Assembly: GCA_039638295.1 (NCBI GenBank) | Contig: JBDIWJ010000023.1 | Span: 1-26,266 of the forward strand | Reading direction: 5' to 3' | Source: Candidatus Phoenicimicrobium oleiphilum | GTDB lineage: Bacteria > Atribacterota > Phoenicimicrobiia > Phoenicimicrobiales > Phoenicimicrobiaceae | DNA length: 26,266 bases | Shown: positions 1 to 9,112 of the stretch, one piece after another | Numbering within the stretch: the stretch's first letter is position 1 | How the letters are laid out: each line of letters begins with the position of its first letter | The notes under the pieces: generated by a model | Seen by the model: only the letters and a program-made list of their open reading frames with translations | What the model was told of the DNA's origin: nothing | Database searches by the model: none | Program-made: the position numbers and the translations under genes

Positions 1-80
1 AGTACACGATGTTATGCTATAGAATAGTATTAGACAGTACACGATGTTATGCTATAATTTTGGTACACGATGTTATGCTA
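1..80. repeat. Three direct repeats of GTACACGATGTTATGCTA (2-19, 37-54, 63-80), possibly truncated by the window edge
   Basis: Read directly. Copies 1 and 2 are identical over 21 bp (1-21, 36-56); gaps between the 18-bp cores are 17 and 8 nt. Confidence 0.9.
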
Positions 81-87
81 GTTGTCA

Positions 88-111
88 ACTAACGACTAAC
101 TAACGACTAAT
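88..111. repeat. Tandem ACTAACGACTA x2 immediately 3' of the radical SAM stop codon
   Basis: Units at 88-98 and 99-109. The 17-mer ACTAACTAACGACTAAT (95-111) recurs at 2221-2237. Confidence 0.8.
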
Positions 112-1923
112 TCAACATACCCCACAGAAAGTACAGGAATCAAATCGGCAATCAGGAGTAGTTTCTCCTTTTCGAGATTTCTCTTTCTCTCTTAGTAAAA
201 ATTCTTTTTTTACCCCACAAGAAATATGATCCCAGGGTAAAACTTCATCATCTCCCCGTTCTCTATTAGCATAAAATTCCATAGAAAGTCCGCTCTCACT
301 AAAGACCTTTTGCCAGGCATTAAAATCAAACTGTTCTCGCCAGGCATCAAACTTACAACCTAAATAATGGGCTCTTTCTAATACTTCACCTAATCTCCTA
401 TCTCCGCGAGCAAAGACTGCTTCCAAATAACTTCGATTAATGTCAGGATAACTAAAAGAAATGTTTTTTCTTCTTAATCTATTACTCAAATAACTTAATT
501 TTTGTGATAAAATATCTCTTTTCTCCTGAGCTTCCCATTGAAAAGGAGTATGGGCCTTAGGCACAAAAGCAGACACACTAACATTTATGCCTATTCTCCT
601 GCCGGTCACTTCTCTACCTATGTGCTCAACTTTATTTATCAGCCTAACAATTTCTTCCACATCCTCGTTAGTCTCGGTAGGTAAACCTATCATAAAATAA
701 AGTTTTATCCTTCTCCATCCCCCCTTAAACGCAGCTCTTATAGATGAATACAAGTCTTCTTCTTGAACATTTTTGTTTATTACATCTCTTAGTCGTTGAG
801 TCGCTACCTCAGGAGCAAAAGTAAGACCAGTTTTTCTAACTCTTTGAATCTGTTGAGCTAAATTAACAGAAAAGGCATCTATCCTTAAAGATGGTAGAGA
901 AACACCCACGCCCTTTTCTTTAAAGCGGTCTACCAATTTAGTAATTAATTCCTCTATCTGACTATAGTCGCTTGAGCTTAAAGAGGATAAAGATATCTCT
1001 TCATATCCAGTATGAGCAAGAATTTCCTCAGCTAATTTGATTAAATTATCCACTGATTTCTCTCTTACTGGGCGATATATCATCCCCGCCTGGCAGAAAC
1101 GGCATCCCCTGGTGCATCCTCGAAATATTTCCAATGTTATTCTATCATGAACCACATCTATATTGGGAACAATGGGACAAAGGGGAAAGGATATTTGGTC
1201 AAAATTAGAAATTAAACGTTTTTTAACTAAAGAAGGTATACCTTCCTGTTTGGGGGTAATTGATTTGACCTTCCCATCTTCATAATAATTTACCTCATAA
1301 AAAGAAGGGATATAAACTCCTTCTAATTGGGCTAATCTCTTTAAGAGTTCACCTCTGTCTTGTTTTTGATTTTTCCATTTTTTGTAAATTTCTATAATTT
1401 CCGCAGTAATCTCTTCCCCCTCTCCTATCACAAATAAGTCAATAAAATTAGCTAAGGGTTCCGGATTAAAAGCCCCTGGCCCACCGGCAATAACCAGAGG
1501 ATCTCCCTCTTTTCTGTCTTTGGACTTTAAAGGAATTTGTCCAAGCTCGATAAGATTCAGGATGTTGGAAAAACATAATTCATGTTGAATGGTAAATCCT
1601 ACAATATCGAAAAAATTTAAAGGTCGGTAGGTTTCTAAAGAAAAGACGGGAATCTGTCGTTCCCTTAGTAATTTTTCCATATCTACTGCTGGCGAAAAAA
1701 CCCTTTCAGCGAAAGCATCTTCTCTTTTATTGATGATATCATATAGTATTTTAAACCCTAAATAGCTCATTCCAATTTCATACAAATCAGGAAAAGCCAA
1801 GGCCACTTTAATTATAGAGTTATCTTCTTTTTTTATTATTTCATTGAATTCCTTACCCGTATATCTCCCTGGTTTTTCTACCTTATCTAATAATTCATCA
1901 AACAATATTTTTTTTATATTCAA
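112..1923 (-). CDS. B12-binding radical SAM protein, TIGR03960-like family
   Basis: CxxxCxxC motif (RGCTRGCRFC), N-terminal FPDLYEIGMS, C-terminal Cys cluster (CRFDSCTFCGVC), position after rodA typical of this family. TTG start with an AGGAG RBS. Confidence 0.88.
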   Translation of the reverse strand: MNIKKILFDELLDKVEKPGRYTGKEFNEIIKKEDNSIIKVALAFPDLYEIGMSYLGFKILYDIINKREDAFAERVFSPAVDMEKLLRERQIPVFSLETYRPLNFFDIVGFTIQHELCFSNILNLIELGQIPLKSKDRKEGDPLVIAGGPGAFNPEPLANFIDLFVIGEGEEITAEIIEIYKKWKNQKQDRGELLKRLAQLEGVYIPSFYEVNYYEDGKVKSITPKQEGIPSLVKKRLISNFDQISFPLCPIVPNIDVVHDRITLEIFRGCTRGCRFCQAGMIYRPVREKSVDNLIKLAEEILAHTGYEEISLSSLSSSDYSQIEELITKLVDRFKEKGVGVSLPSLRIDAFSVNLAQQIQRVRKTGLTFAPEVATQRLRDVINKNVQEEDLYSSIRAAFKGGWRRIKLYFMIGLPTETNEDVEEIVRLINKVEHIGREVTGRRIGINVSVSAFVPKAHTPFQWEAQEKRDILSQKLSYLSNRLRRKNISFSYPDINRSYLEAVFARGDRRLGEVLERAHYLGCKFDAWREQFDFNAWQKVFSESGLSMEFYANRERGDDEVLPWDHISCGVKKEFLLREKEKSRKGETTPDCRFDSCTFCGVC

Positions 1924-2070
1924 ATTCTTTACTCCTTAATTTTAATAAGTTTTGTATAAATCTTGTCCTCTTGAAAAGTGAAAATGGGGAAAAGTCAGAG
2001 AAATCTATTCATATCTTGTATTTCGTGAAAAATATAGAAGCCAGAACTCAGAATTCAGAATATTACAGCT

Positions 2071-2148
2071 GTAGTGGCTCGATTCATCGAGCCCGTTAGA
2101 AAATTACTCGAATAGCAGGGATCGAATAAAAATAAATTCGACCCCTAC
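2071..2148. mobile_element. GTAG-type REP doublet (REPIN-like)
   Basis: GTAGTGGCTCGATTCATCGAGCC (2071-2093) faces an inverted hairpin ending in CTAC (2115-2148; minus strand GTAGGGGTCGAAT...ATTCGATCCCTGC). Confidence 0.7.
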
Positions 2149-2239
2149 ATATAATTTATAAATCACAATGACATAAAAAATAATAAACTGAAAACTTGTA
2201 TTTAATGCTCACGACTATTCACTAACTAACGACTAATAT

Positions 2240-3352
2240 TTACCACCTTACCTTGTGCAATTCTACATTTAATAATATCCCTATAACTACTAAATTAGAA
2301 ATCATAAAACTTCCCCCATAACTTAAAAAAGGTAGAGGTAATCCTGTCGCAGGCAATATTCCCATTGCCATTCCAATATTTACTACTATATGAAAAAACA
2401 GAAAAGATACTGCCCCGGTTGCCAATAAGGTCCCCAATAAATCTCTTGCCTCCAGAGCAATTTTAATTCCTCTCCATAAAACAATAACATAGAGACCTAA
2501 CAACAATATAGCTCCCACAAAACCTAATTCTTCTCCCACTACCGAAAATATGAAATCGGTATGTTGAGCTGGCAGGAAGTTTAATTGGCTTTGTAAGCCA
2601 TTAAAAAGTCCCTTACCCAGAAAGCTACCAGAACCAATGGCAATTTTCGACTGAATAATATTGTAGCCACCCCCTAAGGGATCCAAATTAGGATTTAAAA
2701 ATAGAATCAATCTCCTTTTTTGATATTCTTTTAAACAAAACCATAAAACGGGAACCGAAGATAGGGCAATCAAAAAAACAGTCATTAAATACTTTATCTT
2801 GGCTCCAACCACAAACAACATCATTATAAGAATGACTAAATATACCAAAGAAGTCCCTAAATCTGGTTGTTTAAATACTAAGAAAATTAATATACCAGTA
2901 TAGGCAAAAGGTAATAGAAAATAGAAAAAATTATCCAGTTTTAATTTATTTTTAGATAAAAAATCCGCTAAAAATATTATTAAAGCAATTTTAGCAAACT
3001 CAGAAGGCTGAAAATCAAAAGGTCCGATCGACAACCAACGTCTTGCTCCATAAGTTGACCTGCCCGAAATAATTACCATCACTAACAAGATAATAGCCAC
3101 AAAATAGATAAGTTGAGAATATCTTTCTAACTTATGATAATCAATGAAAATTATTATAATTAAAAATATAAATCCCCATACTATCCATAAAGACTGCCGT
3201 TTAACATATAAAAAGGGGTCTGCCGGTATAGAACTAGAACTAATACGAGTAGAACTATACAACACCAAAATACCGTAAAAACAAAGAAATACTACGGCAA
3301 GAAGAAGAGTATAGTCTAAATTTTCAGTTAATTTCCCTAATTTTTCTTTCAT
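2240..3352 (-). CDS. rodA: Rod shape-determining protein RodA (SEDS family)
   Basis: GARRW, QPSEFAK, QPDLGT, HTDFIFSVVGEELG and TGLPLPFLSYGGS motifs; directly downstream of PBP2. Confidence 0.93.
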   Translation of the reverse strand: MKEKLGKLTENLDYTLLLAVVFLCFYGILVLYSSTRISSSSIPADPFLYVKRQSLWIVWGFIFLIIIIFIDYHKLERYSQLIYFVAIILLVMVIISGRSTYGARRWLSIGPFDFQPSEFAKIALIIFLADFLSKNKLKLDNFFYFLLPFAYTGILIFLVFKQPDLGTSLVYLVILIMMLFVVGAKIKYLMTVFLIALSSVPVLWFCLKEYQKRRLILFLNPNLDPLGGGYNIIQSKIAIGSGSFLGKGLFNGLQSQLNFLPAQHTDFIFSVVGEELGFVGAILLLGLYVIVLWRGIKIALEARDLLGTLLATGAVSFLFFHIVVNIGMAMGILPATGLPLPFLSYGGSFMISNLVVIGILLNVELHKVRW

Positions 3353-3367
3353 TTTTTATCCTTATCA

Positions 3368-3402
3368 ATGTAAACAAAGGTGCCTGGCACTTTTGTTTAC
3401 AT
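3368..3402. mobile_element. 35-bp RAYT-associated palindrome (arms A/B); supplies the last codon and stop of mrdA
   Basis: ATGTAAACAAAGGTGCC-T-GGCACTTTTGTTTACAT with one arm mismatch; overlaps mrdA at 3397-3402 (ATG TAA on the minus strand). Confidence 0.9.
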
Positions 3403-5160
3403 TTTTACTTCAAAATATTTTTCTAACATAGCACGGGCGATGGGAGCAGCTATTTCTCCACCCTCTCCCCCATTTTCTACAAAAACTGTAATACACACTT
3501 CAGGATTTTCATAAGGAGCAAAACCCGCAAACCAGGCGTGGGTTTCTCCTTGAGGATTCTGAGCTGTTCCGGTTTTACCAGCTATCGACAACTCCTTAGA
3601 ATTTGCCCGCCAACCCGTTCCTTTTAATATAGTAGCCCGCAATCCTTCTTTAACTATTTGAAAAGTATTGGCTGATATACTTACTTTCCTGCTTATTTCT
3701 GGTTTAATTCTCTTAACTACATTACCTTCGGGGGAAATTATTTCTTTTACCAAATGTAACCTATAAATCTCTCCTTCGGTAGTAACTGCACAGATAATAC
3801 TATGAATTTGCAAAGGAGTTAATAGAAGATACCCTTGACCTATAGAAAGATTAATATCGTCACCTGGAAACCATATCTGTTTAAACTCCCTCTGCTTCCA
3901 TTCAGTAGAAGGTATTATTCCTAACACCTCTGCCGGTAAATCAATACCAACTTTTTCCTCTAATCCAAATTTATGCATATATTTGCTGAATCTTTCAATA
4001 CCTAGTTCTTTTCCCATGGTATAAAAATAGATATTGCAGGAATGAGCAATAGCATCTATAATGCTTAAACTACCATGCCCTGATTCCTTCCAGCAAGTAA
4101 AAATCTGATCAGCTAACTTAAAAGTACCAGAACAATATACCTTCCTTTTCCTATCAGTAATACCTTCTTCTAAGGCAGCTATAGCAGTAACTATTTTAAA
4201 TGCTGAACCTGGGGGATAGGCACTCTGGATACTTCGATTAGTTAAAGGATACTCGGGATCTGAGGAAAGTCTCTCCCAATCAGAATAGGAAATTCCACCT
4301 GCAAATAAATTAGGATTAAAAGAAGGTCTATTTACTAAAGCCAATATCTCGCCAGTATAAGGATTACTCAGGATTATAGAACCCTTTTTCCCGTAAAGTA
4401 AATTTTCCCCATAAATCTGTAAATCTTTATCAATAGTTAAAACTAAATCCTTACCTGGTACAGGTTTTTGAAACAATAAAGTAGCTATTTCTCTGCCCAA
4501 GGCATCAACCTCGACTTCTTTCCCTCCTTTTTCTCCCCTTAAAATGTCATCATAATATTTTTCTAACCCAGCTTTGCCAATAATATCTCCTCCCTGGAAT
4601 TTGGGATTCCCTAATTTTTGCAGTTCTTCTTTGTCTATTTCTCCGACATATCCTAAACAATGTGCAGCTAATTCCTGATAAAGGTAATTCCTTCTAGGTT
4701 TAACCTCTAAAATTACTCCTTTTAGTTCTTCTTTCTTCTCTTCAATCTCAATTACTATATCTTTTTTACAATCATCCAAAATCTGTACTGGCTTGAAAGG
4801 GTTATCGGTATGCTTTTTTACCTTTTGCACAATTACATCTTCAGATAGACCAATTATTTTACCTAATCTTTTACTTAATTCTTCTAAGTTATCGACTTCC
4901 GCCGGGATTATTGAAATTACTACGGCTGGTCGATTGGTCACTAAAATTTCTCCTTGGCGGTCATAAATATGTCCTCGAGGAGCATCTTCAACTAAGGAAC
5001 GGATACAATTTTCTACTGCCCTTTCTTTAAATTCTCCTCCTTTAATAATTTGTAGATACCACAGATTGATAACTAAAAAAGAAAAACATATTATAATAAA
5101 TATTAACAACCAATTTATTCGTTGCTTTACATCTTCTGGAACATTAGAAGATTCCTTCAT
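3397..5160 (-). CDS. mrdA: Penicillin-binding protein 2 (class B PBP)
   Basis: N-terminal TM helix, APRG dimerisation motif, SxxK (GSAFK), SxN (SCN), KTG (GKTGTAQ). Confidence 0.93.
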   Translation of the reverse strand: MKESSNVPEDVKQRINWLLIFIIICFSFLVINLWYLQIIKGGEFKERAVENCIRSLVEDAPRGHIYDRQGEILVTNRPAVVISIIPAEVDNLEELSKRLGKIIGLSEDVIVQKVKKHTDNPFKPVQILDDCKKDIVIEIEEKKEELKGVILEVKPRRNYLYQELAAHCLGYVGEIDKEELQKLGNPKFQGGDIIGKAGLEKYYDDILRGEKGGKEVEVDALGREIATLLFQKPVPGKDLVLTIDKDLQIYGENLLYGKKGSIILSNPYTGEILALVNRPSFNPNLFAGGISYSDWERLSSDPEYPLTNRSIQSAYPPGSAFKIVTAIAALEEGITDRKRKVYCSGTFKLADQIFTCWKESGHGSLSIIDAIAHSCNIYFYTMGKELGIERFSKYMHKFGLEEKVGIDLPAEVLGIIPSTEWKQREFKQIWFPGDDINLSIGQGYLLLTPLQIHSIICAVTTEGEIYRLHLVKEIISPEGNVVKRIKPEISRKVSISANTFQIVKEGLRATILKGTGWRANSKELSIAGKTGTAQNPQGETHAWFAGFAPYENPEVCITVFVENGGEGGEIAAPIARAMLEKYFEVKM

Positions 5161-5311
5161 ATTTACCCTCTAAACTTATTCTTATTTTCGTAATTTAATT
5201 CAATATTATGGTTATTTTACAAAAAGCCAAAAATATTTTTAACACGTTATATAGATAGTACTTTGTAGATAATTTTGTAATAAATTACAACTTTTTGGTT
5301 ATAATTATGTT

Positions 5312-5386
5312 GTAGGGGCACAATGAATTGTGCCTTCGCATATTATTGCCTAATTTCTCCTGTGGGCACGATGCATCGTGCCCTAC
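5312..5386. mobile_element. GTAG-type REP doublet (REPIN-like)
   Basis: GTAGGGGCACAATGAATTGTGCCTTC (5312-5337) and the inverted GGGCACGATGCATCGTGCCCTAC (5364-5386). Confidence 0.8.
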
Positions 5387-5453
5387 CTTACCATTTGATC
5401 TACTTTTTGGGTTTCAATCATATTATCATAATATTATCATAATAACTAAATTG

Positions 5454-6257
5454 TCATCTCTTACAAAGCTTAAGAAACTGACAAAGTAGAAAACCAATCA
5501 CTGACACCATTACTATCGTCGCCCCGGACGCCAAATTAAGCTGATAAGATAAGATTAATCCTATCACCCCAAATACCGCACTAACAAATATTGATACAAA
5601 CATCATCTTTTTTAAATTTGTACTAATCTGTTTACTTATCGCTGCAGGAATAGTTAATAGGGCAATTACTAAAATAATCCCTACCACTCTTACCAGCACT
5701 ACAATAGTCAGCGCAATCAAACATAAAAGAAGTAAGTATAATTTCATGGTGGGAACTCCTATTACAGTGGCAAATTCATCATCAAAAGAAAGGGCTAAAA
5801 ATTCTTTATAAAACAGAAATACCACTTTGATTATCACTAAATCCAGGATTAACATTACTACCAAATCAGTAGTTGTTACTGTTAATATACTACCAAAAAG
5901 GTAACTGAAAAGGTCAGGGGCATAACCTGGACTCAAACCAATAAAGATTACCCCCAAAGACATACCAAGAGCCCATATTATTCCAATTGCAGTATCCTCT
6001 GGTATCTTAGTGCGTTTACTTACTAACCCCATAACCAGAGCAGAGATAATACTAAATGGGATTATCCCCCAAACAGGATTTATTCCCAAAAAATATCCCA
6101 AACCTATACCTCCAAAGGAGGCGTGAGCAATCCCCCCACTTATAAAAACAATTTTCTTTACTACAATATAAACTCCAATAATCCCGCAAGCAATACTTGC
6201 CAAAATTATCGCTAACAGAGCATTTTTCATAAATTCATATTGTAGTAATTCCATCAT
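5454..6257 (-). CDS. znuB: Zn/Mn ABC transporter permease
   Basis: ABC-3 family motifs ([36 protein letters not shown]). Start placed at ATG 6257; the ORF is open to 6296. Confidence 0.88.
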   Translation of the reverse strand: MMELLQYEFMKNALLAIILASIACGIIGVYIVVKKIVFISGGIAHASFGGIGLGYFLGINPVWGIIPFSIISALVMGLVSKRTKIPEDTAIGIIWALGMSLGVIFIGLSPGYAPDLFSYLFGSILTVTTTDLVVMLILDLVIIKVVFLFYKEFLALSFDDEFATVIGVPTMKLYLLLLCLIALTIVVLVRVVGIILVIALLTIPAAISKQISTNLKKMMFVSIFVSAVFGVIGLILSYQLNLASGATIVMVSVIGFLLCQFLKLCKR

Positions 6258-6342
6258 ATCGAATTTTTCCTCTCTCTTCTCTTCACGAGACCTCATCTGA
6301 GTATTAGTTCATTGACTTCTATTACTCAATATACCTCTTCTC

Positions 6343-6404
6343 AATCCCAAATCCTAAATCCCAAATCCCAAATCCTAAATCCTAAATCCTAAATCCCAAA
6401 TCCT
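6343..6404. repeat. Heptamer tandem repeat (AATCCYA) x8 plus a partial unit, between znuC and znuB
   Basis: Read directly; units are AATCCCA or AATCCTA. Confidence 0.95.
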
Positions 6405-6429
6405 CGATATACTCAATACTTGATACCAA

Positions 6430-7242
6430 TTAATGCTTTCTGAGTACTCTATGAGGAATACCGTGGGCAATCAGGTCTACTGGACAACGATAAGTTGCCT
6501 CTAAATCTTCTAATCTAATCTCTTTAGAATTATGATAAAAAAGTCGGCGATTTAAACAGGCAACCTTATCCATGTAAATCGACACTGCAGTAAGGTCGTG
6601 AGTAACTAAAACGATACTCATTTTTTTCTTTAATCTTTCCAATAATTCATAGAATCCAGTCTGTAAAAGAGTATCAATGCTAGCTAAAGGTTCATCAAGC
6701 AACAATACTTTTGGGTCAGTCACCAGGGCCCGAGCAATAAAAACTCTTTGCTGTTGTCCACCCGAAAGCCTCCCTATCTGTTTATTCTTAAATTCTAACA
6801 TCCCAACAAGATCAAGTACCTCCTGTGCCTTCTGTTTATCTATTTGGTTATAGGATTTAAAATATTTACTCTTACCCCATCTTCCTATTAAAACAACTTC
6901 CTCAACGCTTATGGGAAATTCTCTATCAAAAAGGGGGTATTGAGGAACATAGCCGATATATTCCCTATTCTCTTCTGGTTTTCTTCCAAAAACCTTTACT
7001 TCCCCTTTACTGGGTAAAATCAAACCCAATATTACTTTAAGTAAAGTAGTCTTACCGCCACCATTAGGTCCTATTATACCCAAAAACTCTTGCTCATAAA
7101 TGGAAAGATTAATATCCTCTAAAACATTAATATCATCATAACTTACCCAAATATTTTTTAAACTAATAATTTCTTGTTTTTTTTTATTGGGAATTTTATC
7201 AACTTTACATTCAGATTTAGTATTATGGTTAGAATTTATCAT
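6430..7242 (-). CDS. znuC: Zn/Mn ABC transporter ATP-binding protein
   Basis: Walker A GPNGGGKTT, LSGGQQQR signature, Walker B LLLDEP, His-containing C-terminus; start overlaps the znuA stop (TAATG). Confidence 0.9.
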   Translation of the reverse strand: MINSNHNTKSECKVDKIPNKKKQEIISLKNIWVSYDDINVLEDINLSIYEQEFLGIIGPNGGGKTTLLKVILGLILPSKGEVKVFGRKPEENREYIGYVPQYPLFDREFPISVEEVVLIGRWGKSKYFKSYNQIDKQKAQEVLDLVGMLEFKNKQIGRLSGGQQQRVFIARALVTDPKVLLLDEPLASIDTLLQTGFYELLERLKKKMSIVLVTHDLTAVSIYMDKVACLNRRLFYHNSKEIRLEDLEATYRCPVDLIAHGIPHRVLRKH

Positions 7243-8174
7243 TATTCATTACCACCCAACACTGTAGTTAAGTTTTGGAGATTTTTAATATAATCCCGAG
7301 CTAAAGGGTCAGCAGTTATAATCTGAGCTCCTATCTCCTGAGCAATCACTTCAGCACTTTTAATATTAAATTGAGGGGAACACAAAATAATAGATATGTG
7401 GCTAGCTCTTGCCTGCTCTATTATACTGACTAAAAAAGTAGCACTTGGTTCCTTCCCTTCTTCTTCAATAGCCACCTGGACAAGGTCATATTCTTTAGCA
7501 AAATAAGTCCAGGAAGGATGGTAAGATAAAAATCTTTTGTTATTCATCTTACTAAGTTTAATTTTAATTTCTTTGTCCAGTTCATCTAATCTTGAATTAA
7601 ACTCTCTTGCATTTTCCTTAAAATACTCTTGACTAAGCGGGTCAATTTGTATTAATGCCTGACAAATATTTTGCACTATTTTTTTAGCATTTTTGGGAGA
7701 TAACCAGATATGGGGGTCATGATTTATTATTTCAATACCTTGGGAAGAATCACAAATCAACATATCTCTATTTACTTTCCTAATCTTATCCATCCAGGCC
7801 AATTCAAAATCGATTCCTGATCCTACCTTAACATACAATTGAGCCTGGCTAATCTCTTTTAACTGTAACGGTGTTGGTTCATAAGTGTGTGGACTAGCCC
7901 CGGGAGGTACCATAACCCCAACTTCTACTCTTTCTTTTCCCACCTTTTCAACAAAATTAGCAAAAGGTAAAATGGTAACTATTACTCCAATTTTATCTTT
8001 GGGTAATAACTCTTCAACTTCCGCCCCCACGTTCATAACTCCTGTGAGGAGCATAAAAATTAACGCTATAATCATGATAACAAATAACTCAAGATTGTCA
8101 GAGGAGTAAACTCCCCTGAAATCCCTATGTCTTTTATTATTTTTTTCGCTTTTATAGAATAGTTTTACTGACAA
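7242..8174 (-). CDS. znuA: Zn/Mn ABC transporter substrate-binding protein
   Basis: PGASPHTYEP, DPHIWLSP and YHPSW motifs. Start uncertain: TTG 8174 lies inside a MITE; an alternative ATG is at 8075. Confidence 0.88.
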   Translation of the reverse strand: MSVKLFYKSEKNNKRHRDFRGVYSSDNLELFVIMIIALIFMLLTGVMNVGAEVEELLPKDKIGVIVTILPFANFVEKVGKERVEVGVMVPPGASPHTYEPTPLQLKEISQAQLYVKVGSGIDFELAWMDKIRKVNRDMLICDSSQGIEIINHDPHIWLSPKNAKKIVQNICQALIQIDPLSQEYFKENAREFNSRLDELDKEIKIKLSKMNNKRFLSYHPSWTYFAKEYDLVQVAIEEEGKEPSATFLVSIIEQARASHISIILCSPQFNIKSAEVIAQEIGAQIITADPLARDYIKNLQNLTTVLGGNE

Positions 8175-8186
8175 TCTTGTGAGAAT
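8088..8186. mobile_element. MITE-like element copy 1 (TIR core CAAGATTGTCAG...CTGACAATCTTG)
   Basis: Perfect 12-bp inverted ends at 8090-8101 and 8168-8179; internal hairpin GGAGT-AA-ACTCC; similar along its length to 8800-8902. Confidence 0.75.
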
Positions 8187-8261
8187 CCATTCCTTATTTA
8201 AAAATATTTGTTATGAATATATCTGATCTTTTATTTTATCATCTTTTTTTATTATTTTTGG

Positions 8262-8296
8262 ATGTAAAATTTTGTGCCAGGCATAAAATTTTAATT
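8262..8296. mobile_element. Diverged copy of the 35-bp palindrome
   Basis: ATGTAAAATTTTGTGCC-A-GGCATAAAATTTTAATT; 14-bp stem with one mismatch around the same TGCC-W-GGCA core. Confidence 0.7.
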
Positions 8297-8306
8297 CTAT
8301 TCACCT

Positions 8307-8783
8307 TTATTTTAATATCTTTACTACTATAAGAAAAACAAAGGGTGACAATAGACAGTTAATTAATGCCTCGGGGAGAGCTATTTGTTTCAAACTCCAG
8401 GCTAAACCATATTCTATCCCGAAAGCACGGAGCACAAAAAATATTAATATACTCTGACCAATCGAAGCTACAAAGGTTATTATAGGAACAAGAAATAAGA
8501 TATGTTCAGGGAATATTTTATTTCTCAAAATTCCACAGGTAAAACCGACAATGGTTTTGACTAAAGCATTCACGCCTAACAAGCCAGAAGAAAAAATATC
8601 TTGTAAAAGACCGGCCGCAAATCCTGAAACACATCCCTCTTCTGCCCCCTGAAGTAACGAAAATATTATTACAACTAATAGTATTAAATCAGGTTTTAAC
8701 CCTTGAATGGTAAATAAATTAATAAGGGTTAGTTGAATTAATAAAGTAACCGCAACTATGGCAATTTTCAGGTATATTTTCAT
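8307..8783 (-). CDS. mreD: Rod shape-determining protein MreD
   Basis: 158-aa multi-TM protein with KPDLILL and GFAAGLLQDIFS motifs; AGGAG RBS. Confidence 0.85.
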   Translation of the reverse strand: MKIYLKIAIVAVTLLIQLTLINLFTIQGLKPDLILLVVIIFSLLQGAEEGCVSGFAAGLLQDIFSSGLLGVNALVKTIVGFTCGILRNKIFPEHILFLVPIITFVASIGQSILIFFVLRAFGIEYGLAWSLKQIALPEALINCLLSPFVFLIVVKILK

Positions 8784-8799
8784 TAATCTTCTCCTGAAA

Positions 8800-8902
8800 C
8801 TTACAAGAATGTCAGGGGAGTGAACTCCCCTAAAACCCCTCTATCTCCTTTTTACTTCATTTCAATTTTATATAAAACTTTTCCTGACAATCTTGTTAGA
8901 AT
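8800..8902. mobile_element. MITE-like element copy 2
   Basis: CAAGAATGTCAG (8804-8815) ... CTGACAATCTTG (8884-8895); internal GGGGAGT-GA-ACTCCCC hairpin; same orientation as copy 1. Confidence 0.75.
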
Positions 8903-8929
8903 ATATTGTTTTTTTAAATAGTATCCCTA

Positions 8930-8968
8930 TAAGAGCATCGGGGAATTTTTAAAATTCCGATGCTCTTA
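8930..8968. other. Strong hairpin TAAGAGCATCG(GG)GAATTTT-T-AAAATTCCGATGCTCTTA
   Basis: 18-bp inverted repeat with a 2-nt bulge; possible terminator or element remnant. Confidence 0.6.
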
Positions 8969-8994
8969 AATAGCAATTTCCCAAAAAGTTCTAT

Positions 8995-9018
8995 GGGCAC
9001 GATGCATCGTGCCCCTAT
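8995..9018 (-). mobile_element. Single REP of the GTAG family (ATAG variant)
   Basis: GGGCACGATGCATCGTGCCC is identical to 5364-5383 and is followed by CTAT. Confidence 0.75.
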
Positions 9019-9112
9019 TTTACTATTTTGTGCATTTTTTAAGTTACAATTAATAAATTAAATAAAAACAGCTATTGAATAAAGAGCGGGGCTGCCTTAA
9101 GCAAGTTTAGAG

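Noticed and set aside
1..80. CRISPR array
   Set aside because: Repeats are only 18-21 bp, gaps are 17 and 8 nt, and there are no cas genes in the window.
311..319. TGCCAGGCA inside the radical SAM CDS (also TGCCAGGCAC at 24315-24324 in psuG)
   Set aside because: Only the short core matches and the arms are absent; consistent with chance.
5275..5290. TTGTAATAAATTACAA as a Zur box
   Set aside because: Spacing is 7-2-7 rather than 7-1-7, it lies downstream of znuB rather than upstream of znuA, and the context is AT-rich.
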